Shown here piece after piece: positions 56,155 to 64,000 of a stretch of DNA of 64,000 nt (position 1 is its first letter; every line of letters starts with the position of its first letter). Under the pieces are notes generated by a model that ran no database searches, was not told the DNA's origin, and was given only the letters and a program-made list of their open reading frames with translations. The stretch spans positions 192,001-256,000 of the forward strand of contig CAVXEP010000029.1 of the NCBI GenBank assembly GCA_963760795.1, read 5' to 3'. Origin of the DNA: an uncultured delta proteobacterium. Lineage in GTDB: Bacteria; Desulfobacterota; Binatia; UBA9968. The translations under genes were made by a program, and so were the position numbers.

Positions 56155-59100
56155 TTACTCTTTGGAGCTGCCCTTTTTGAGTTGCGGATTCGGATTGCGC
56201 AGTGCGGCCAGATAGGTTGTCCGCGGACGGGTGTTGAGTTCTTCGAGCAAGCTGTAATTGCGCGGATCGGCTTTTAGGGCCGCGACTTTGCTCTTCGGAT
56301 CGTTGAGATCGCCGAAGACGATGGCCTCGGCGGGACAGGCTTGCTGGCAGGCGGTGACGATCTCGCCGTCCTTGACCCGCCGCCCTTCTTTCTCGGCTTC
56401 GATCTTGCCCTGGTTGATGCGCTGCACGCAGTAGGTGCATTTTTCCATGACGCCGCGGCTGCGCACGGTGACATCCGGGTTGCGCTGCGCTTTCAAACTC
56501 TCGATGTTCCAGTCGGAAAATTGCAAAAAATTAAAGCGCCGCACTTTGTACGGACAGTTGTTCGAGCAATAGCGCGTGCCGACGCAGCGATTGTAGACCA
56601 TGTCGTTGAGTCCTTCGGCGCTGTGCGCCGTCGCAGCCACCGGGCAGACCACTTCGCAGGGCGCATTCTCGCAATGCATGCACGGCACCGGTTGGACAAA
56701 GGTTTGCGGATCGTCCGGTGTGCCTGTGAAATAGGTATCGATTCGCAGCCAGTGCATTTCCCGCGAGCGCAGCACCTGGTCTTTGCCCACCACCGGAATA
56801 TTATTTTCCGACTGGCAAGCCACCACGCAGGCATTGCAGCCGAGGCAGGCGTTGAGATCGATGGACAGGCCCCACTTGTAGCCGTTGTACTCGTACTGCG
56901 GATAAAGCGAGGGGTGTTCCGACTCGCCCTGGGCAAAGTTGGGCTTGGCGACAAACTCCTCGAGGGTTGCCGCGCGGACGATGTCGCGTCCCTCGAGAGC
57001 GTGGTGAATCTGCGTCGCCGCCAGTGCCAAGCGCTCGCCGGATTTGCCGATCTCGGCGCCGCGCGCCGACCACAGCGCGTCGGCGGTGCGCAAGCGGTAA
57101 GCATCGAAGCCCACGCCGCGGCCCACCGGACCGACGCGGCTGCGGCCGTAGCCCAGCTGCAATTCTATCGTATCCTCGGCCTGTCCCGGGACAATCCATA
57201 CCGGCGCGCGCACCGTGCGGCGGTTCAATCTGACCTCGATCACGTCGGCATCGACGTTGCCGCCGCGCAAGCCGACAGCGGTATTGAGCCCCAATCGATT
57301 TGCCGTGGCGGGACTCAGATAGGCGGCGTTGTCCCAGGTGAGCTTGGTGAGCGGCTTGGGCAGCTCCTGCAACCAGCCGTTGTTGGCAAATCGGCCGTCG
57401 AAGAGGCCCGGGTCGGGCCGGAACACGAGTTCCAGAGACTTGGGATTTTGCCGTTGCGCATCGGCGGCGTCGGCAGATTTTGAATTTTGCATTGGTAATT
57501 TGCCATCCGCGCTCTCGCCCCCTGGCAAATTGCGCAACTGAGGATTGGGACGAGGCAACAGCGCTCGCAGCCAGCTTTGGCGTCAGCGGTTTTGCTGCAA
57601 ACGCGCTATCTTCGACAAGGCCGTCGTGCAGACTCTTGCGCCACCAGCGCGTGAAATCGCCTTCGGCTTTGCCTGTCTGTTTGCGCCAGTGCTCCCTGAC
57701 AATGTCGTAGCCGGACTGTGCCGGCTGCGCACTCAACGCGGCAAGCAATTCATGGGCGGTTCGGCCTTGGTAGAGGGGCGCGATGAGCGGTTGTAAAATC
57801 GTCGCCGTGCCGTCATAGGCGCGCGCGTCGCTCCACGATTCGAGATAATGCGCGGCAGGGATATGCCACTGGCAAAGCGCGGAGGTCTGATTGATCTCGG
57901 AGCTCAGATGGACGCGCAGCGCGACTTTGGCCAGGCCTGCGGCAAAATCAAGATCGGCCGGCGCGGTATAGACCGGATCGCCCTCGATAATAATCAACGT
58001 CGACACCGCGCCACGCGTCATATCTTGCGTCAGTTCGCGCAACGAAGCGATTTCGTTCACCGGATCCGCTTGCACCGGTTCCGTGTACACGACCGTCTGT
58101 CCGACATTACCTAAAGAATGGTTGATGGCGTGGGCGAGGGCGTGCACGGCGATCGGTTGCGCTTCGCTAACCAAGACGAGACTCTTGCCGCGATGCTGCT
58201 GCAAATCGGCCGCGACCGCGCTGAGCCAGCGCTCATGGTCGGTCGTAAGCTGGCCGCCGCTGGCGCCCAATCGCGCCGCCAAGGCACGCGCGAAGGGTTC
58301 CATCGCGCTGGGCGGTAGCGCGAGCCGGTGATCGGCCTGGGCGCCAGCGCTGCTTGGGCTCGATTCAATCGCATACAAACGATTCATTGCCGGCGCGCCA
58401 CCGCCGACGCGGCGCCGCCGGGCGAAGTCATGAGCGTAGCGCAAATAACCGGGACTGCATGACAACAGATCGGCGCCGAAAGCAAGGATGATATCGGCTT
58501 TGTCCAAACGATACTGGGTTTGCGCATAGCTACCGAAGGCGAGCAGAGCGCCGGCGCGGGTATGGTGGCAGCCTGCGGGTTCCCACTGATGCCATCTTGC
58601 CGCCGGGTACTCTTTTAAAAGCCCGCGCAACTGCTCGGCTAAAGTCGGCGAGCTGACGGCGCCGGTGAGGATTCTCAAGCCCCGGCCTTGAGTTTTTTTC
58701 TCCTGTTCAAGGACCGCGCGCAGGGCTACGACAAAGGCGTCCCACGGCCGGATTTTCCCCCCATAGGTGGGGGTTTGTGCGCGCGCCGGGTCCCACAGAT
58801 CGAGCACCGATGCCTGGGCATAAACATCGGTGGCGCCGAGACTGGCGGGATGCAGTGGATTGCCTTCGACCTTGGTCGGCCGGCCCATGTGGCTTTCGAC
58901 CAATAACCCTGTGGCCAAACCGGCGAGCGGCATGGCGGTGGCAAAATACAACGGTTGGCCGGGGACGATTTCTTCCGGTTGGCGAACGTAGGGCACGATG
59001 GTCTCGGTCGGCGCGCGGGCGCAGCCGGCGATTCCGGCCAGTGCCAGCGAAGCACCCATGAGTTTCAAGAAGCGGCGCCGGCTCACCGGATCGAGCGCGA

Positions 59101-59191
59101 CGTCGACCTGGCTGGAATATTCGCGCCGGATAAATTCGCGAAACTCTTCGGTATCGGCAAATTCTTCTAGCGTGCGCCAGTAGTTATTCAT
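56155..59191 (-). CDS. actB: Alternative complex III subunit ActB (molybdopterin-like + Fe-S), frameshift near 57520
   Basis: SRRRFLKLMGAS (Tat), GRPTKVEGNPLHP, NNGWLQE, CLGCNACVVAC, CMHCENAPCEVVCP, CVGTRYC, EKCTYC. Confidence 0.95.
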
Positions 59192-59232
59192 CGTCGTACG
59201 CGATTGAACGGTTTCAACCGGGCCAGAAAGTA

Positions 59233-59892
59233 TTATCTGTGACAGGTCGAGCAGCTGGTCAGCTCACGCGGGTTGCGGATGTTGTATTGCTTGACCAATT
59301 GCCGTCCGAGTACGCGTTGTTCGCGGTCCGGTCGCCAATTCATGTTGAAAACCTGCTCGCGCGGGCGCAGGTATTGTTCCGGCGCACGATGGCAGTTGAG
59401 GCACCATTCCATCTGCAGAGTTTGGTCCTGCCACATGAGCGGCATGCGATCGACAGGGCCATGGCAGGTGACGCAGCCGACGCCCTTCCATACATGGATA
59501 CTGTGATTGAAATAAACGAAGTCGGGAAGGTTGTGCACTCGGGTCCAGCGGATCGGCGTACCGGTTTGAAAACTATCGCGCAGCGGTTTCAAGACATCGC
59601 TGCCGGACCAGATTTGCGAGTGACAGTTCATGCAGGTTGCGGTGGGCGGTATGCCGGCGAACGACGAAACTTCTACCGCCGTGTGGCAGTAACGGCAGTC
59701 GATGCCCAAACCGGCGACGTGATGCTCGTGGCTAAACGGCACCGGTTGCGCGCGCACGACATCGGTCTCGGTAATATAAGAAGAACGGGAAATAGCCGCG
59801 ATCAGCCAAAGGACCGCGCCAAGCAAAAACACCAAACCAAAAATACTTAAGCGGGCGATGGTGTTAGTGCTGCGATGAAAAATTTGAGACAT
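59233..59892 (-). CDS. actA: Alternative complex III pentaheme cytochrome ActA
   Basis: Five CxxCH (CRYCH, CMNCH, CVTCH, CLNCH, CSTCH); QPVPFSH. Confidence 0.95.
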   Translation of the reverse strand: MSQIFHRSTNTIARLSIFGLVFLLGAVLWLIAAISRSSYITETDVVRAQPVPFSHEHHVAGLGIDCRYCHTAVEVSSFAGIPPTATCMNCHSQIWSGSDVLKPLRDSFQTGTPIRWTRVHNLPDFVYFNHSIHVWKGVGCVTCHGPVDRMPLMWQDQTLQMEWCLNCHRAPEQYLRPREQVFNMNWRPDREQRVLGRQLVKQYNIRNPRELTSCSTCHR

Positions 59893-59964
59893 CGAAGCGG
59901 TGCAAAATTGCGGGCAAACTTCCGTCTATCGTGCATGCATAACGCCGCACCGTAGGTGAGGTCA

Positions 59965-59979
59965 GCAACGTATGTGCCA
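59965..59979 (-). promoter_or_regulatory. Sigma-54 promoter of the ACIII-oxidase operon
   Basis: TGGCAC-ATACG-TTGC(T), consensus match on minus strand. Confidence 0.88.
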
Positions 59980-60397
59980 GTATGGAACGATGCGCTGGTC
60001 GGGATGTTTAGGCCAAGCGCTGCAGGGTCATTGGAATTGCTCGCTAAATAAAATACCGGGTCGGCATCCGGAAAAAGGTAGATCTTCATATATGTTGCGA
60101 TCGAGCCGCACAATTGCCGGCTTGCTTATTTAATCACTGCAAGAGTGCGCAGCGATATCGGCTCCTGCTTGTCGTCATCGGCGGCGGTCGGTCTATTTCC
60201 CGGTCTCTTAGCAACACTGAGAAAAACAAAGTTTTTTGTTTCGCTCCTGGGACACGGCATTTAGTGGCCGGGCCAGCCGTGGGTGGTTTAACCCATGAAT
60301 ATCCCATCGGTGAGACGTGGACTGTAGCCATTGTCCGAGGGTCGCAACAAAATGGCAAGCCGTTCGAATGTTTTACGCCGTTTTGCTTGTGCAGCGG

Positions 60398-60412
60398 TGG
60401 TACACGCTTTGC
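60398..60412 (+). promoter_or_regulatory. Sigma-54 promoter of ku-ligD
   Basis: TGGTAC-ACGCT-TTGC(G). Confidence 0.8.
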
Positions 60413-60456
60413 GATTATACTCTGGGTCAGCTACTTGACGGCGCGTACAACCTGGA

Positions 60457-61344
60457 GTGAGCATGGCGAAAACCGCTACCAAAAAAAAGCCACGGAGAAA
60501 GACCAGAGAGCACCCGTCCACGCGGTCGATCTGGAAAGGCACCATCAGCTTCGGCTTGGTTAATATCCCCGTCGCGATGTATTCCGCTGAAAACGAAGAA
60601 AAGCTGAGTTTTCGGCTCCTTGACCGCCGCGATCTTGCGCCGGTGCGCTATCGGCGGGTTAACGAAAAGACCGGCAAAGAAGTGCCCTGGAACGAAATCG
60701 TCAAGGGTTATGAACACGAGAAAAATGAATATGTCGTGCTCAGCGATAGCGATTTCGAGCGCGCCAATGTCGAGGCAAGCCAAACTATTGCCATCGCCGA
60801 GTTTGTCGACGCCAAGGAAATCAGCCCGGTTTATTTCGATAAACCTTATTATCTTGCGCCGTTGAAACATGGGGAAAAAGGTTACGCGCTGTTGCGCGAG
60901 GTCATGCGCCGCACGGCCAAAGCCGGCATCGCTCGGATGGTGTTACGATCGCGCGAATATCTCGCCGCCATTTTGGTCCATGGCGAGGTTTTAGTGGTGA
61001 ATCTTTTGCGCTTCGCCCACGAGCTGCGCGGGGCGCAACCCCTCGACGTGCCCGGCAAAGACCTAAAAAAACTAAAAATCACCGACCGAGAAGTGACCAT
61101 GGCGAAGGATCTGGTGGAGACGCTCGAAGAACCCTGGCGTCCCGAGCAGTTCCACGAACAATATTATGACGATTTGATGAAGATCATCGCGGCAAAAATC
61201 AAAAGCGGCAAAACCAAGACGATCGAGGAGGAACACGATCGCCCGGCGGCGCCGAAGTCGAGCAAGGTGGTGGATATCACAAAGCTATTGAAGCGCAGCT
61301 TAGAGCAGGCGCAACAGCCGGCGCGGCGCCGTAAAGCCGGCTGA
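60457..61344 (+). CDS. ku: NHEJ protein Ku
   Basis: RSIWKGTISFGLVNIPV, IVKGYE, YFDKPYYL, KVVDIT..LKRSL. Confidence 0.97.
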   Translation: MSMAKTATKKKPRRKTREHPSTRSIWKGTISFGLVNIPVAMYSAENEEKLSFRLLDRRDLAPVRYRRVNEKTGKEVPWNEIVKGYEHEKNEYVVLSDSDFERANVEASQTIAIAEFVDAKEISPVYFDKPYYLAPLKHGEKGYALLREVMRRTAKAGIARMVLRSREYLAAILVHGEVLVVNLLRFAHELRGAQPLDVPGKDLKKLKITDREVTMAKDLVETLEEPWRPEQFHEQYYDDLMKIIAAKIKSGKTKTIEEEHDRPAAPKSSKVVDITKLLKRSLEQAQQPARRRKAG

Positions 61345-61355
61345 CGGAACTCGCC

Positions 61356-62954
61356 ATGGCGCTTGAAATCTACCGTGACAAACGTAATTTTCGCCGTACT
61401 CCCGAGCCGCGCGGTGTGGCCGGAAAAAGTCGCGGCACGAGCTTTGTCATTCATAAACATGCGGCGCGCCGGCTGCACTACGATTTTCGTTTGGAGCACG
61501 ACGGCGTGCTCGTCAGTTGGGCGGTCCCCAAAGGCCCAAGCCTGGATCCCGGCGAGCGCCGATTAGCAGTCAAAGTCGAAGACCATCCCCTCGATTACGG
61601 CGCTTTCGAAGGTAACATCCCCGAGGGCGAATACGGCGCCGGCGCGGTAATTATCTGGGACCAGGGTCGCTGGATTCCCGAGGGCGATCCGGCCGCCGGC
61701 TTGCGCAAGGGTCATTTGCGCTTCCGTCTGGAAGGAAAAAAACTAGCCGGCGAGTGGTCGCTGGTGCGCATGGGAAAGGCCGCCGCTAAAGCCGGCAAAG
61801 AAAACTGGCTGTTGATCAAGGGCCGCGATCGAAACGCTCGAACGAAGGATATTCTCGCTGACAAACCGAAGAGCGCGGTCTCGGGCAAAACCATTGAAGA
61901 AGTTCGCGCCGGCGAACCGGCTAAACTGCGAAATTTAAAATCTGACATTCAAGATTTAAACATGGCACCGCGCGCTTCACGGTCCAAACTGCGCAAAACA
62001 AAAACTACAATCCGAAAATCCAGCTCTGTCCTGATTTCCCAACCGAACCAGGGTGCCGATACCGAGGAGGATAAGATCGCTGGCGTTCGCCTTACCCATC
62101 CGGAACGGGTTCTCTATCCCGAACAAGGGATCACCAAGCGCGACCTGGCGCTTTACTACGCAGAAATTGCCGATTGGATTTTGCCCCATTTGAAAGATCG
62201 ACCATTGACCTTGGTGCGATGTCCGGAGAGTTACGACCAGGAATGTTTCTATCAGCGCCATGCCAACGATATGCTGGATGAATCTGTGCTCCGGCTGCGC
62301 ATGAAGGAAAAAGGCCGGGGGCGCGACTATATCGCCGTCGATTCGTTGAAAGGCGTGATGGCGCTGGTGCAGGCGGGTGTCCTCGAGCTGCACACCTGGG
62401 GCGCGCGCCGCGACCGGCTCGATCGTCCCGATCGTTTAACTTTCGATCTCGACCCCGATCCATCGCTGCCTTGGCGCGCGGTGGCCGAGGCGGCGCGCCA
62501 GCTGCGCGCGCGCCTGGCGGATTTCGGGCTTGGCGCTTTCTTGAAAACCACCGGCGGCAAGGGACTGCATGTGGTGGTGCCGATCGCGCGTACCATCGGC
62601 TGGGACGAAACTAAAGCATTCGCCAAAGCGATTGCCCAGGGCATGGCCGCCGAAGAGCCAAAAAAATATCTGGCGGTGATGTCAAAAGCTAAGCGGCAGG
62701 GAAGGATTTTCATCGATTACTTGCGCAATGGCTGGGCCGCCACCGCGGTGGCGGCTTTTTCGACGCGCGCCCGCGCCGGCGCGCCAGTGTCCGCGCCGTT
62801 ATTCTGGCACGAACTCGACAGCTGCCGCGGCGATACTTTCAATCTGAAAAATATCGGCGCGCGGCTGGCGCGCTTGAAAAGCGATCCTTGGGCCGATTAT
62901 GAAGCGGCGCGCCGGCCGCTGACGGCGGCGCTGCGAAAAAAAATAGCTGCGTGA
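61356..62954 (+). CDS. ligD: LigD-like 3'-phosphoesterase + primase-polymerase fusion, no ligase domain
   Basis: HAARRLHYDFRLE, SWAVPKGP, EDHP (PE); LTHPERVLYP, FDLDP, KTTGGKGLHV, IFIDYLRN (Pol); only about 60 aa of linker between them. Confidence 0.9.
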   Translation: MALEIYRDKRNFRRTPEPRGVAGKSRGTSFVIHKHAARRLHYDFRLEHDGVLVSWAVPKGPSLDPGERRLAVKVEDHPLDYGAFEGNIPEGEYGAGAVIIWDQGRWIPEGDPAAGLRKGHLRFRLEGKKLAGEWSLVRMGKAAAKAGKENWLLIKGRDRNARTKDILADKPKSAVSGKTIEEVRAGEPAKLRNLKSDIQDLNMAPRASRSKLRKTKTTIRKSSSVLISQPNQGADTEEDKIAGVRLTHPERVLYPEQGITKRDLALYYAEIADWILPHLKDRPLTLVRCPESYDQECFYQRHANDMLDESVLRLRMKEKGRGRDYIAVDSLKGVMALVQAGVLELHTWGARRDRLDRPDRLTFDLDPDPSLPWRAVAEAARQLRARLADFGLGAFLKTTGGKGLHVVVPIARTIGWDETKAFAKAIAQGMAAEEPKKYLAVMSKAKRQGRIFIDYLRNGWAATAVAAFSTRARAGAPVSAPLFWHELDSCRGDTFNLKNIGARLARLKSDPWADYEAARRPLTAALRKKIAA

Positions 62955-62981
62955 AACTCCAAAAACAAGGAGGAAAACATT

Positions 62982-63446
62982 ATGGGGGCGACAATTGCCA
63001 AACATCCGATCCATCCGATGCTCGTTGTGTTTCCCATCGGACTGTGGATTTTCTCGCTGGTGTGCGATCTGGTTTATCTCTTCGGTCCCGCTAATCCTTT
63101 GTGGCGTGACATGGCGTTCTACACCATGGCGGGCGGCTGGATCGGCGCACTGGCCGCGGCGGTGCCCGGCTTAATCGACTATTTCGGCATGAGCCCGGGC
63201 GCAGCCAAGCGCACTGCTACGACCCACATGACGCTCAATCTCGTCGTCGTCACGCTCTATGCCATCAATCTGTGGATTCGTTGGGCAGGGGACGGAGCCG
63301 GCGGCTGGCCAGTGGGGTTATCGGTGGTTGCGGTGCTGCTGATGGCGGCCGCCGGCTGGCTCGGCGGCGAGCTAGTCTACGTCCACGGGGCCGAAGAAAA
63401 GCCTCAAGCGGCCCGGCCGCAGCGCGATCGGCGCCGGGTGGCATGA
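62982..63446 (+). CDS. DUF2231 membrane protein
   Basis: HPIHPMLVVFPIG, PGLIDY, H..LN, GWLGGELVY. Confidence 0.9.
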   Translation: MGATIAKHPIHPMLVVFPIGLWIFSLVCDLVYLFGPANPLWRDMAFYTMAGGWIGALAAAVPGLIDYFGMSPGAAKRTATTHMTLNLVVVTLYAINLWIRWAGDGAGGWPVGLSVVAVLLMAAAGWLGGELVYVHGAEEKPQAARPQRDRRRVA

Positions 63447-63497
63447 TCGCTGCACGCCAGATTGGTTCACTCAATAATCCAGAAAGGAGGACGGAAC

Positions 63498-63755
63498 ATG
63501 GAATTTATCGGCTGGATTTTTTTCGGGTTGATCGTCGGTGTCATCGGAAAACTGCTGATGCCGGGTCGAGATCCCGGCGGATTCGTGGTCACGATTCTGC
63601 TCGGCATCGCGGGCGCATTATTGGGCGGGTTTCTCGGTCGGTCGTTGGGGCTGTACCGAGAAGATGATCCGGTGGGATTCATCATGGCTGTAATCGGTTC
63701 GATCATCTTACTAATGATCTACCGGTTCGCGGTCGGGCGACGCCATACGGTTTAA
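63498..63755 (+). CDS. GlsB/YeaQ/YmgE stress membrane protein (second copy)
   Basis: AGGAGG RBS; close paralog of 38373..38642. Confidence 0.93.
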   Translation: MEFIGWIFFGLIVGVIGKLLMPGRDPGGFVVTILLGIAGALLGGFLGRSLGLYREDDPVGFIMAVIGSIILLMIYRFAVGRRHTV

Positions 63756-63811
63756 TCGCCCAGATGAATCCCAGCGGCTAGTCGCCGGGAAATATTCGCC
63801 GGCGGCAAATA

Positions 63812-63851
63812 GGGCCGGACACGGGCTCCGAGGGGAGCGCGTGTCCGGTCC
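63812..63851 (+). terminator. Hairpin after the ku-ligD-DUF2231-glsB unit
   Basis: GGGCCGGACACG...CGTGTCCGGTCC. Confidence 0.5.
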
Positions 63852-64000
63852 GCGAAAATTATCAGGGTAAAAGTACCGCCTTATTCAGAATCGATTTGCC
63901 ATACGAAAATGATCCTACCCAACAACCTGCCAAGTGAAGAACAAGAGAGAAGCATCGAAGTCGATAACGGCACAGTCAACATCGCGTGAATCGTACTTCG

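Noticed and set aside
47535-57483. Long plus-strand ORFs (47535..48416, 48847..49695, 56341..57483 and others)
   Set aside because: Antisense shadows of GC-rich cox and act genes.

Overview
Bacterial genomic segment of moderate GC; several small-ORF families tentatively suggest a soil deltaproteobacterial-like lineage such as Ca. Binatota. Almost the whole window is a general-stress, oxidative-stress and desiccation gene island: two KatE catalases (one cut by the window start), KatG with a Fur/PerR regulator, a di-heme peroxidase-like cytochrome c, ferritin-like and hemerythrin proteins, glycogen/trehalose enzymes (amylo-1,6-glucosidase, TreZ, GlgX), phospholipase D, DUF748, a BON lipoprotein, CBS, YihY, two GlsB, two Hsp20, topoisomerase IB, an alternative complex III (actABCDEFG) + SCO + A2-type caa3 oxidase operon, and divergent Ku plus a LigD lacking its ligase domain. 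The main unannotated signal is 16 correctly spaced sigma-54 (-24/-12) promoter motifs, each intergenic and facing a gene start, suggesting one RpoN-driven general stress regulon. I also found a metallothionein and three other small ORFs below the ORF-track cutoff, a duplicated promoter forming an inverted repeat around 4.2 kb, and two short-repeat families (9-mer intergenic; 7-mer entering coding linkers). Many genes carry single-base frameshifts, probably long-read assembly errors. Family assignments are from motif recognition, not database searches.
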